Source: Chrysomallon squamiferum
Taxonomy: Eukaryota; Animalia; Mollusca
Assembly: GCA_012295275.1 (NCBI GenBank)
Contig: CM022673.1
Location: forward strand, 868,001 to 932,000
Direction of reading: 5' to 3'
Length of the DNA stretch: 64,000 nt
How positions within the stretch are numbered: position 1 is the first letter of the stretch; every line of letters starts with the position of its first letter. Position numbers and translations under genes: made by a program. Of this stretch, positions 1 through 12,676 are shown piece after piece. Under the pieces are notes generated by a model that saw only the letters and a program-made list of their open reading frames with translations, made no database searches and was not told the DNA's origin.

Positions 1-190
1 TTGAAATTTATTTTATCCTGACCTAGCAGTAACCAAGTTTTATTTATTATACTTAAATATATATATAATGGATATATGAAGTGAACTGAATTCACTGAAT
101 GCTACATCCACTTTTTAATTAATGTATTTTATAGTTTTGAGCTAGATGTGAAATAAAATATAAAATTAAATATGATTCTAGTTTCATTTC
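1..190 (+). other. 3' UTR/polyadenylation region of an additional upstream paralog (copy 0); its CDS lies outside the window
   Basis: Matches the 3' UTRs that follow the stop codons of copies 1-5, closest to copy 3 (25504 onward, sharing 'ccactttt' and 'atagttttgagc'). AATAAA at 152-157. Confidence 0.8.
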
Positions 191-250
191 TATATAATTC
201 TTCTTCTCCTTCTTCTTCTTCTTATTATTATTATTATATAATGTCTTTGC

Positions 251-302
<52 letters not shown>

Positions 303-442
303 TGTCTGTCTCTCTGTATGTATGTATGTACGTATGTAAGTATCTTTCTGAAACCCTATGTTTGTATATGTCTGTTTTAGTGTGCATGTTTATGTAATAA
401 TAACAACCACAAAACAAGACTCCTAGAACTGCTACTACTACA

Positions 443-493
<51 letters not shown>

Positions 494-500
494 CATAATC

Positions 501-534
<34 letters not shown>

Positions 535-760
535 TAGTAACAACAAAATTAACAATGATAATAATAATAATAAAATTAATAATAATAAAATGAGCATTAC
601 CAGTATTCAGATAAAATGCTTATTCGTTTTTCTCCGTGTTCAACGGTAATTCAGGGCAGATAAATGACGAACTTCTATACCCGGTTTAACAGTAGTCTCC
701 TTCTGCATTAGAATCTAAGAAGCTATTATTGTGTCTTTAGTGTCCAAATTAGTTTCGAAA

Positions 761-801
<41 letters not shown>

Positions 802-2852
802 CAGTATAAAAAAATTAAGCTTACATGTATCTGACATTACCCACTGCTATCATACAGTTCTGTTAAAACCCGATCGTATTACACAGAACTGTATGGCCAG
901 CTTTAATCGACTATGTTTAGTTAATACTGTATCACGTGGAATCATCCTTGACCTGATTCGTGATATTTAATGTCTTGTTTCATGTGTAATATGCCACTAG
1001 ACGTTTTTTATTTGTTGTTGTAACTGCATTGGTTAATTTAGATAATGAATATATTTAACATGTACTGCAAATTTTAGATATCGATGAGACTTAATTACAA
1101 TCTGAGCTATCAGAACATGTACAAAAATGGTTAAAGATCCATTTAAGCGGATTTTGTTTTTGTTTGTTAATTCAGTTTATGTACAAAATGCAAGAGTAGT
1201 GTATTATAAGGTAAAGGTGACATTAAATTAGTTTTAACTGATTTAATTGTTTAAGAACAAAGAATTTCAATTGCTTTTACACTGTCTGCTGGCGATTAAT
1301 TACCGTATCAAATAGGTTAAAATAAAAGTAATTTTATCACAGAAAAGTTAACAGAGATTATTTTTCTTTAACTTAACAAATGACCTTTTCTGAACTTCAA
1401 GAGCAACAGCATATCCAGTTTAAAAGAACAAAACAATGAAGTACAAGTCAGTGTTTTCTAAAGGAAAAGCTACAAACTAATAAATATTTCCAAATTTGTT
1501 TCTCATCTTGTCTTAATAAGATCATGTTGTATTACCGAAAATAGAATTCGAGACAGACTTCGAATTATATTTTCAGTTTCATACACAAAACATTTAGCTT
1601 CCATTTGAGGACCTTCAACATTGCATATTTAAAATGTTCTTTTAGATAATAATGATTAATTGACTGACAATGCGTTTTGATCATGTACAGATCCCGGCCT
1701 AGTGTCATTACGTCATCTTGCGACATACATTTCACGTATCGTCCGTCCGTCATCTTTCATTTCATCAGATTTGTTCCTCAGCCTTCTCTCACTCTCTCAT
1801 ATCGAGACAATATTAACAAATATTGAACTATAACCAAATGTAATCATCGCTTTCGACAAAGCACGCCATTCTTTAGCAAAATAAGAAAAACATAACCAGG
1901 TCTCGTGTATATGCATATATATATCTATAAATGTATGTATGTATGTATGTATGTATGTATGTGTGTATGCGTGTATGCATACATGCATGTATGTATTTAC
2001 ATAAACATCTATGTATATATGTACATACGTACGTAAATTAACCTGCATGTTTATGAACTTGCATTTATGCACAGACTGACATAACTGTTTGCTGCATATG
2101 CTTTGAATATATTTTTTAACTCAGATGTTATTCTAAAGAACCCACAGGGAAGACCTGGTTTAATATTCACTGTGTATGTGTTTATCATATGTGCATGCAC
2201 ATATATATGGAGGTATGTGTGTATATATGTATGTATGTAAATATGTATACTGTTCATATTTTACCCAATTCATAGAGAGGAAGAAACAAAAAAAAAAGAT
2301 TTACTTTATTGAGGAACCTTTTATTATTTGGGAATTAATTTAAATAAAGTACAAGAATTTTGTGTAATTTCTGTACTGAAGATTAGTACACTTGCTCCAG
2401 GTTATTCCGACCTAACTTAATTATTATTTAAGGGAGTTAATTCGGTACACCAGTCTGTTATCAGCCTTTGAAAGAAACACACAAAATGTATTGCATCATT
2501 ACACTAGCACAAAAGTGTTACCTGTAAAGGAAAAAACCCTCGATATTGAGTGAAATAAACGTCCTATGCATGCGATTTTTTAAAGAACTTATTTAGAAAA
2601 CGCTTTTATAAGCGTGTTGCCATCAAATATAAATGAAAGAACACAAAACACTCTCTTGCAGCTGTATTCTATTTGATCTTTTCTCTCTATTCCGTAACGT
2701 GTCAAAAGTTTTATATATTATTTGTTTGTTATTTATGAAAAGTTTGCGCATGTTGATCACTTTTCCTCCAGTCAGTATTTTCGTCTAACACAGCTACCAC
2801 CTGACACTTTGCTGTTTATTTACACGTTGCCAAACAATCTTTAAAAGAAATC

Positions 2853-2990
2853 AATATTACGTACCACCTCTTGACGATAATAATTTTGTTTTGGCAACAG
2901 AGCTGTATAAATGGGTAAAACTGAGATACACAAATCATACCACGGACACATTTCAAGACGGTGGAAGGAAAAGCCAAGAAGAAGTCAAAG
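2853..2990 (+). promoter_or_regulatory. Core promoter/5' UTR of copy 1 (TATA box 2906-2911)
   Basis: GCTGTATAAATGG lies about 80 nt before the ATG, at the same spacing in copies 2-6. The upstream motif AATATTACGTACCACC and the 5' UTR motif GGAAGGAAAAGCCAAGAA are also kept in diverged copy 6. Confidence 0.7.
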
Positions 2991-5969
2991 ATGAAAGCCT
3001 TGTTTCTGGTCGTTGTTCTAGCAGGTTAGTTTATTGTACATATGTGTAATGCACATGTCTGACTGTATATTATCATTATATTTGCATCGTAGTATTAAAA
3101 TTCTTATTTTAATATTAATAATTATATTCCATAAATTACTATACCAATGAATAGCAGTAATTTACTACGAGAATATTTTGCTCAATACAACCGTCTGACT
3201 GCATCTGCTCATTTTCGACTGTATTTACTATTGCAGTCGTGTTGTTGTTTTTTCACAAATAATAGAGTAGATAGAAAAGTGAAATTTTAGTTTTTCTGTT
3301 CTAAACCGAGACGATTCATCTTAGATGTCACCCATAAAATCGGTTCATAAATGTTATTACTATTATTCCTATTATTATTGTTGTTATTAATATTATTATT
3401 AGTAGTAGTAGTATACTTCTTGTGCATCACAGGGATTCTTAGTAAAGAGAAATAACTCAAGATATCCTTTTGTGAACAGATTTTAATGTATCTGATGTAC
3501 AACATACTGATCAAGTGATATTATTTATTTTTCTTCTTTCGTTCTCCAATTTAGTTCTTACTGGATCAGTACAGTCAGAGACGACAACCTGTAAGACTTG
3601 TTATGACACTTTCGCGGCTGCAATTGTTGTATCTTTGGACAGGTGCACGTACGTCTTTCTATTTTCATCATTTACAAACATGTTTTTACGATAATCTGTG
3701 TATGTATATCGTGGGTCTTATTATGTTCGTTTCTAATTTAATAATTTCTTTTACTATAATTATTTGTTTTTAAATTAACATGTAAAATGTCCCGTCTATT
3801 CAGATAATATATTTTTCTAAATAACAGAAATATTAGTATATCCTTTTGCTAAATAATCAAAATAACCCTCTAAAAAAAAAAGTAAAAAAAGAAAGAAAAT
3901 AAATTGTTCATGAATTATTATGTATGTACATTTTAGATGTCATCTTTTATATTTCGTACTAATAATTCCGCGCTATTATACACAAAGGCACGCAAGCACG
4001 CACAGATGTGCAGTCAGACACATAGACACTCTAAAACGTGTATTGGTAATTATGTAACATCTGTTCATACTGACAGAACTTCACAGAGAAAATCTGGCAA
4101 CCTTCTATTAAATAATTTTTCGTTTCTTTCTCAGAGCGGCTACAACAGCTGCTACGTGTCTTCTTGCTGGAACTGATGCCACTTTGTACTGGACAATCAA
4201 CCAACACTGCTGAAAAACAGTTAAAAGAGGGCAGCGGCACAGTGTACAGCATTGCAAAAACTCAAAATTGTGGTAAAATATCACAGAAAAATTACATAAA
4301 TCATTGTTTTGCCTCTTCCTTATCGTCACCATATTAAGTCTTATCAGTCATCAGATGTCCTTAAATTAATATCATTTTTTTATTCAGATAACAATGCGTT
4401 TTATAATGTAAATTAAATGAAAAATAATAATATTGTTTTCAGTAATCCTTTCCATAATCATCATCTTCACTTTTATGATCATATAGTCATGCTTGATCAC
4501 GCTGTTATGGGAATCATCATCATTATTATTAAGACCATACGGTCATCATCAATTTCTTCATTACCACGATCATACTCTCTTGATCATACCGTCTTCATCA
4601 TCATTTTCATTATCATGATCATACCGTTATCATCATCATCATCTTCTTCTTCTTCTTCTTTATAATGATCATGCGTCTTCGTCATCACCATCACAAACCG
4701 TTTTGATTATCCTTATCATTTTATGTTAAGTAACATACATTTTATATTGAAAATTAAATGAAAAATAATAACATCTTCATTTTCATAATCATATAGTCAT
4801 GATGATCATGATGATTATTACGATCACACCGTTTTGATCATTGTTATCATCACTGTTATTATTTTGCGTTACAGATCCTGGAATAACTGATTTGTGTTCA
4901 TGTCAAGGAGAATATGCTACTAAGGTGGCATCCAGAACAAACACGACACCAAAAGAGACTAAATGCACGTAAGAAGATTTTATTTTACGCTGACTGTTTA
5001 TTTCTTTATCTGTCTGTCTATCTCTCTGTATATCTGTATAATCACTATAATAATTTAAATTACTAATTTCTAAAAAACGATAATTTTTGTTTTCCCAACT
5101 CAGCAATATATAAACACACAGAGAAACATTCCTACATACATATATACATACGTACATACCTATATACATACATTGATACATAAATATGTACATAACTGTG
5201 CGAATAAATGCATGTAAACATGGGTGTGTGAAGTTGTTATTGTTTCATGTGTGCCAATCACGAACAGAAAATACTACAAGATATGTGTCTGTGTTATATA
5301 TGTATAAATACATATAATCATATTTTTTATATGGGGATGTTGCTGATAACAAACAAATAATGTTAGCTGTATTGTTTTATGTTTTCTTCATTCAGCGAAG
5401 CAAAAGCCTACAAGACCTGTGTAGCTGGAAAAGATGTCGCCATGAAAGCCTGTGATGGAAAAACACTGCAGCCTGCTATTAAAACTGAAGCCGAGGCAAA
5501 GGTTACAGAATTATGTAAGTATTAGTGTTAGCATAATTCTGTGCTGTTTTATTCATACATTCAAAATTAATAATTTATTTATAGTACATTAGTCCAAAAT
5601 GAAATAAGTTATTTATTCCGAGGCAAAGGTTTCAGAATTTTGTAAGTATTTATTTATTTATTGATCGATTGATTTAATTAGTTTTCCACTGAAAAAGATT
5701 TCCTGTCAGATAAATCTAATTTTAAAAATTAAAATAAAATCTGTTGATAGAAATCTGATATTTATATTGTAAATTAGTATATGCCATCTCAGTATATTAA
5801 ACTAAGTCTTTTTTTTTAAACTGCAACACACATATCTGACTGGTTATTAAGTCATTTTCACTTTTCTGTTTTGTTTTCAGGTAATAAAGGAATCTCTGTC
5901 GTTGTTGGAGTCAAACAGTTTCTGCTGATGATCACTTTGGCTCTGTTTCAGAACTATTTGAAATATTAA
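2991..5969 (+). pseudogene. Copy 1: six-exon secreted, GPI-anchored-type Cys-rich protein gene with a +1 frameshift in exon 3 (pseudogene or assembly error)
   Basis: Exons 2991-3024, 3555-3648, 4135-4272, 4875-4968, 5396-5514, 5881-5969, all GT-AG. Exon 3 is 138 nt versus 137 nt in paralogs (ACTTTGT versus ACTTGT at 4181-4187), giving TGA at 4211-4213. Corrected protein: MKALFLVVVLAVLTGSVQSETTTCKTCYDTFAAAIVVSLDRCTAATTAATCLLAGTDATCTGQSTNTAEKQLKEGSGTVYSIAKTQNCDPGITDLCSCQGEYATKVASRTNTTPKETKCTEAKAYKTCVAGKDVAMKACDGKTLQPAIKTEAEAKVTELCNKGISVVVGVKQFLLMITLALFQNYLKY. Confidence 0.8.
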
Positions 5970-6219
5970 TGTTTGTCCTGATACGTCAAACTGACGAACT
6001 CTTATCTTTGTGAAACTCAGAGTTTCTGTTTTGACATCTGTTTCTAATCATGAACCAATAGACGGGTTTTTCAATTTATTTTATCCTGACCTAGCAGTAA
6101 CCAAGTTGTATTTATTATACTTACATATATATTTAATGGATATATGAAGTGAACTGAATTCCCTGAATGCTACATCCATTTTTTAATTAATGTATTTTAA
6201 AGTTTTAAGCTAGATGTGA

Positions 6220-6225
6220 AATAAA
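6220..6225 (+). terminator. Candidate polyadenylation signal of copy 1
   Basis: AATAAA about 250 nt after the stop. The same position carries it in paralogs (16906, 25656, 31745, 43164). AT-rich background weakens this evidence. Confidence 0.5.
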
Positions 6226-6262
6226 ATATAAAATTAAATATGATTCTAGTTTCATTTCTATA

Positions 6263-6306
<44 letters not shown>

Positions 6307-6775
6307 ATTATTATTATATAATGTCTTTGCGTATATATATATACATATTGTCTGTTTCTCTGTATGTATGTATGTATGTACGTAAGTATCTTTCTGTAAG
6401 CCTCTATTTGTATATGTGTGTTTTAGTGTGCATGTTTATGTAATAATAACAACAACAAAAACAAGACTACTAGTACTGCTACTGCTACTATTAATAATAA
6501 TAATAATAATCATAATAATAATAATAATAATAAAATTAATAATAACAAAATGTGGATTACCAGTATTCATATAAAATGCTGGTTCTTATGTAAATTTATT
6601 CCGGTTAGGAATGTTCGTTTATCTCCGTGTTCAACGGTCATTACAGCTGCGTAATTCAGGGGAGATAAATAACGAACTTCTATATTCCGTTTAACAGTAG
6701 TCTCCCTTCTGCATTAGAATCTAAGAAGCCATAATTGTGTCTTGAGTGTCGAAATAAGTTTCGAAATAATAATAA

Positions 6776-6823
<48 letters not shown>

Positions 6824-7582
6824 CAGCAGCAAAAATTAAGCTTACATGTTTCTGACATTACCCACTATCATACAGCTCTGTTAAAACCGGATCGTATTAC
6901 ACAGAACTGTGTGGCCAGCTTTAATCGCCTAAGGTAAAGGTGACATTAAATTAGTTTTAACTGATTTAATTGTTTAAGAACAAAGAATTTCAATTGCTTT
7001 ACACTGTCTGCTGGTGATTAATTACCATATCAAATAGGTTCAAATAAAAGTAATTTTATCACAGAAAAGTTAACAGTGATTATTTTTCGTTAACTTAACA
7101 AATGACCTTCCTCAATTTCAAGAGCAACAGCATGTCCAGTTTAAAAGAACAAAACAATGAAGTACAAGTCAGTGTTTTCTAAAGGAAAAGCTACAAACTA
7201 ATGAATATTTCCAAAAAAATTTCTCATCTTGTCTCAATAACATCATGTTGTATTACTGAAAATAGAATTCGAGACAGACAGACTTCGAATTATATTTTCA
7301 GTTTCATACTAAACGTTTTAGCTTCTATTTGAGGACATTCCACATTGCATATATAACATTTTATTTCAGATAATAATGATTAATTTACTGCCATTGCGTT
7401 TTGATCATGTACAGATCCCGGCCTAGTGTCATTACGTCATCTTGCGACATACATTTCACGTATCGTCCGTCCGTCTATCTTTCATTTCATCGGATTTCTT
7501 CATCAGCTTTCTCTCACTCTTCTCTATGACTTTTCTTCGTTTTTGAGATAAAATTTATCCTCTACTTTTCTAACCATTAAAA

Positions 7583-7583
7583 C

Positions 7584-7629
<46 letters not shown>

Positions 7630-7643
7630 GCAGAGAGAGAGAC

Positions 7644-7719
<76 letters not shown>

Positions 7720-8132
7720 GAAGAGAGATTTAACAAACTAAGGGAAATAACTCCCAGTGGAAAACAGTTTAAAACTATTTATCTTCCTCAATCTGTTTGC
7801 ATTTTAGTGTCTAAAGTGTTTAATTTTTACATATTTAATAGGTAATGACCGTATTTGTATGTCCATGTAGGTTTGTATTTATTTATGTATGCATATATTC
7901 ATGTATGTATGTATGCATGTATGTATGTATGCATGTATGCATGTATGTGTGTATGTATCCATGTATGTATGTATGTATGTATGCATGTATGTATGCATGT
8001 ATGCATGAGTGTGTGTATGTATCCATGTATGTGTGTATGTATGTATGCATGTATGTATGTATGCATGTATGCATGTATGCATGTATGCATGTATGTGTGT
8101 ATGTATCCATGTATGTATGTATGTATGTATGT
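7583..8132. repeat. Compound microsatellites (AAT)n, (GA)n and degenerate (TATG/CATG)n
   Basis: Read directly from the sequence; paralogous block at about 33410-33835. Confidence 0.95.
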
Positions 8133-8232
8133 ATTTTAGAATTTGAATATTCTCTGTATTAGACTCTAGTCATAGACAATATTCGGGAACCACTGTAAAA
8201 GTTCCAATCACGACCTCACAGACTGCTCTCAG

Positions 8233-8300
8233 ATGCCGCTGACGAGACTCGAACGTATGGCACCCATTCGTCAAGAGTTACCGTTCGGTCACCAAGATAA
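8233..8300 (-). mobile_element. tRNA-derived SINE-like head (Pol III A/B box remnant)
   Basis: Minus strand reads TGGTGACCGAACGGT (A-box-like) ... GTTCGAGTCTCGTCAGCGGCA (B box GTTCGAGTC at 8246-8254). No clear complete cloverleaf. Confidence 0.5.
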
Positions 8301-9533
8301 CGTTAAAAAAAATATATGTATATGTATGTATGTATGTATTTATGTATGTATGTACATACAAACATACATAGCCAACAACTTTCTAAAGTGAATCGTGTTT
8401 ATTATGAATATATTTCAAAATACGTATCACATAACAATCACATCAATATAAAGTTACTTTTGTTCATGTTTTGTGTCCTATAAAATTGACAAACCAGATA
8501 CACAAGTATAGAAAAACCAGATATACACACAAACATACATGCATACAGATTTAGTGCTTTTCAATAAGATACAATATAACGTTTCGATATAACGACAAAT
8601 ATTCAGCCATCTATTGAATTAATGCGATGATGCAAGAACATAAATAAGAAGAAAAAGAATTATATTGGGCAAATAAGACGTAACTTTAGGGTCGATTTTG
8701 TTTCCATTCAAATCCGCAAAATCAATAGAATTTTATTTTTGTTTTTATTTATTTGTGAGTTTCTTTTTGTTCTTTTTTTTCTTTTGTTTTGTTTTTTGTT
8801 GTATTTATGGTATTTTTCTTACATCATTCTAAATGGAAAGTAGTAAAACTAGGTGCTTTTTGTAAATGTATTAAAAATATATATGCAGTTTTAAAATATT
8901 ATGCCCGACATTTTGAAATATTTTGACAAAACAACTACAGTATCAAACATTTCTGCCCTTCATTCTGAATACAGCAATATGATTACTGTATTTAAATCCA
9001 GTAACCTATATTCTGAGTATTAAAATATAGTGTCGAAAATTCTGAAATATTATAACAATATGAATACTGTATAATCCAGTATCCTATATTTTGAAACTAT
9101 TCAACCAATATAACTAGAATATTAAAATCTAATATCCAAAGTTATTATATATGTTAACAGTATGGGTGCATTAGGTATGAGGTTCTACATGTTGAATATT
9201 TTGAAATGAAAGAATACATTACTAATTAACAAAAATCTTATATTCTGACACTACTTTAACTACTATAGAAGATTAACAGTATGAATACAATATTAAAATC
9301 TTATGTCCAGTATATATAGGGTTCTATGTGTTTTGAAAACATTGTAACTACAGAAGGTTACAATTCCGTGTTGTCTTATCTTTCTGGCTGAAAAGGAGTT
9401 TAGCAAAAGAGCAAAACCAGCTATCATCGATGACATTCACTGAATCAAGTCAGTACACGATTTTTTCGCTTATTTTTTTCATCACCTGCAGCTATATGCA
9501 TTTTACATATATGTATCTTTTTTTGTATGTATG

Positions 9534-9565
<32 letters not shown>

Positions 9566-10764
9566 TGTATGCGTATGAATATTAGATCTGTAAAATAAGA
9601 TGTACAAATCTGAATATTACTAGTGAAATAATAATAATAGTAATAATAATAATAATAATAATAATTGCAGTAACTATAGATTCAAACACTGTTTGTCACT
9701 GCTATGGTTACCGTCTTTGTCACTGTAGTTGACGCTGCAGCGTTTGTTGTTATTATATATTTATTACCTGCATTTATGCACTGACAGACATAACTCTTTA
9801 CTGGATACGCTCTGAATATTTTGTTTAACTGAGATGTTATTGTAATGAACAGTTCGTTGCTAAAATACATTAAAAATAAAAAATAATTAAAAATTAAAGA
9901 AAATAAATCCAAGAGAGAAGACTTTGTTTAATATTCTCTATGTATGTAGTTTAGGATTTTGAATATTCTCTGTCTTATGCACGTCTGAATAGACTCTGCA
10001 CACAGACAATATTAGAGAACGGAATGGCGCAGGAGGACAAAGTCCAGTCACGACTTCACATATATGTTTATATGTATGTATGCGTGTATGTATGTATTTA
10101 AGTATGTATGTATGTATGTATCTTTATATGTATGTATGTATGTACGTATGTATGTATGTATGTATTTAAGTATGTATGTATGTATGTACGAATGTATATA
10201 CGTATTTATGTATGTATGTATGCATGTTTATATGTATGTATGTATGTACGTATGTATGTATGCATGCATGCATGCATGTATGTATGTATGTATCTATGTA
10301 TTTAAGTTTGTATGTATGTATGTTTTCTGAGGAATGTTTTATTATTTTAATAAACTTCTGTATTGAAGTTTAGTACACTTGCTCCAGGTCACACCGAAGG
10401 AATCGAAATTAAAATATTAATCAGCCTTTGATAGCAATACACAAAACGTATTGCTTCAGTTCACTAGCACAAAAGTGTTACGTGTAAAAGAAGAACGACA
10501 CGATATTGAGTGAAATGAACGTCCTAGGTGAGCGATTTTGTAAAGCTGCTTATTTAAAAAACACTTTTGAAGCGTGTTGCCATCAAATATAAATGAAAGA
10601 ACACAAAACACTCTCTTGCAACTGTATTCTATTTGATCTTTTCTCTCTATTCCGTAACGTGTCAAAAGTTTTATATATTATTTAAATTCTGATCAAATTT
10701 CAGAGTTAATTTTGAAAGCTATTAACAGCCTAGATGATAACAACAACTCAAAAAATAAATCAAT

Positions 10765-10823
<59 letters not shown>

Positions 10824-11891
10824 ATATAACAAACGTTAATAAACAGGAAAAAGGTGATAGCAGCGGAATGTCGTGAAAATCAAGCAATACTTTTAACTTT
10901 ACTTATTGACTGTAAGCCTCTATGAATTGTCTTAATTACGATAAACAAATCAATGAAAGGTGAATGTATAAATAAGTTGCTTCATCATTTACACAGCAGA
11001 AAGCTGCATTACGTAAAGAAAAACATTTTTCAAACACTCTGTTATCACAGAGGCCTTTCTTTCGTTTCATTATTTTATTTATTTGTAGAGACTAATAAAG
11101 AATAAATAGCTCAACACAGAATAGATCTTTTGAAAAGGTTTAGACTCAGGAACATCTGTGAACTGTCTGGTGTTGGCTTTTCAACTATGTACGGCTGGTA
11201 GTTTCCAGTTTATTTGTGCACTATATTAAAATTTGAAAAAAAGGTAAATTCCATTCGTCGGCACGCCACTGCCCCCAAAGATGCCGATTCTCGGAAAATT
11301 TTACATACATACATACATGGGTCTGTGTGTGTGTTTGTGTGTTGTGTGTAAAAATAAAGTGATGACAATGATGAAGATAACAACAGTAACAACAATAAGA
11401 ACAACAACAATAATAATAATAAGAAGAAGAACAACAACAACAACAACATAATGGGATATTGCTAAAAATATATAAGGAAACATTCAAATATATTCATCAC
11501 CGATTTTGTATATTGTTTTAAGAAGGCTTTTTGAAAAAAGATTCTTCTGGCATTGCCTGCAATGGGAACACGAACCAGATAAAACATGTTTATTTTATTT
11601 ATTGATTTTTTAAAAAATGTTTACACTTTCTACGAATTACCTTTGTCAGTAACGATTCTTACAATCGATTTGATGCTAGCTGAAACATATCAACAGATAT
11701 CTATCTGTTTCGTTTCAGTGACCTAGATATTTTCATTTATACTAATATTATTAATACTCATAACACTGTGAATAATTATATTACTTATAATAATAACAGC
11801 AGCAGGACATTTTTAAATATCAAACTGAAACTGATATTAATATAACGTGTTTAAGCAAGATCAATACCAATGAGGCTTTAAGGTGAAAAAG

Positions 11892-12676
11892 GACGTGATG
11901 ACACTAAGCCGGGATCTGTACATGATGAAAATACAATGTCAGTAAAAGCTGGTAAAAATTATCTTAAATATGTCACTGTTATGTGAAAGAAATGTTTAAA
12001 TATGCCAATAGAAGCTAAATATTTAGTATGAAACTGACAATAATATGTAAGATATATCATTTGACGTCCATCTTTCTCTAATTATTATTATTTTTTTAAT
12101 TGCTGATGAAAAATTGGGCAGTAATTATTAGTTTATAGTTATTCCGTTAAAATATGTTGGCTATTGCTTTTGAAATTCAGAAAGAAGAGATGTTAGATAA
12201 ACGAAATATTAATACGTAAAAGAATAGTTGTGAAAAAAATGTAGCATAGATCCCGCCACAGTGTCGTCCATGGCTATAAAAAATAAAAAATAAATTAGCA
12301 TACAGCCGCCCCTTAACATTTCTGTTCACAGTGTCGTCCATGGCTACCATCAGACTCAGACAATGAAGTAACTGATAGCTGCTCCCATTACTAACTCTAC
12401 CATTGGTGGTTTGTTATTTATGGAAAGTTTGCGCATGTTCATCACTTTCTCCTTCAGTCAGTGTTTTCGCCTAATAGAGATACTATCTGATACTTTGTTG
12501 TTTTCGTCGAATTATATTTCCTATATAAATTATATTTCAGTTTCATACTAAACATTTAGCTTCTATTTGAGGACATTCCACATTGTATTTTTAAAATTTT
12601 CTTTCAGATAATAATGATTAATTTACTGCCATTGCGTTTTGATCATGTACAGATCCCGGCCTAGTGTCATTACGTC
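11892..12676. mobile_element. Foldback/MITE-like element with ~145 bp imperfect inverted arms
   Basis: 11892-12040 (GACGTGATGACACTAAGCCGGGATCTGTACATGA...AGTATGAAACTGA) is the reverse complement of 12533-12676 (TCAGTTTCATACT...TCATGTACAGATCCCGGCCTAGTGTCATTACGTC). No target-site duplication identified. Confidence 0.55.

Larger units (their letters stand above)
1..4842 (+). repeat. Near-identical segmental duplication, partner of 25504-30347
   Basis: Collinear by eye at an offset of about 25.5 kb, including microsatellites and exons 1-3. Differences are mostly homopolymer length changes. Confidence 0.9.

Noticed and set aside
4135-4160. TAATTAAT motif suggesting an antifreeze glycoprotein (Ala-Ala-Thr)n
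   Set aside because: Only about two units, inside a C-x8-C segment that reads TATQNYET in copy 7 and TEAKAYKT in domain 2.
3937-4332. Track ORFs overlapping exon 3 in other frames or strands (also 14595-14874, 23351-23609, 47898-48215)
   Set aside because: Shadow frames of the real exon extending into intron; recurrence reflects the duplication, not separate genes.
7845-8162. ORFs of MYVC/HTYI repeats (also about 10064-10373, 19611-19998, 44968-45234)
   Set aside because: They are translations of (TATG)n microsatellites, open in several frames, with no splice or paralog-constraint support.
8233-8300. Functional tRNA gene
   Set aside because: A/B-box-like motifs are present, but I could not build acceptor and anticodon stems.
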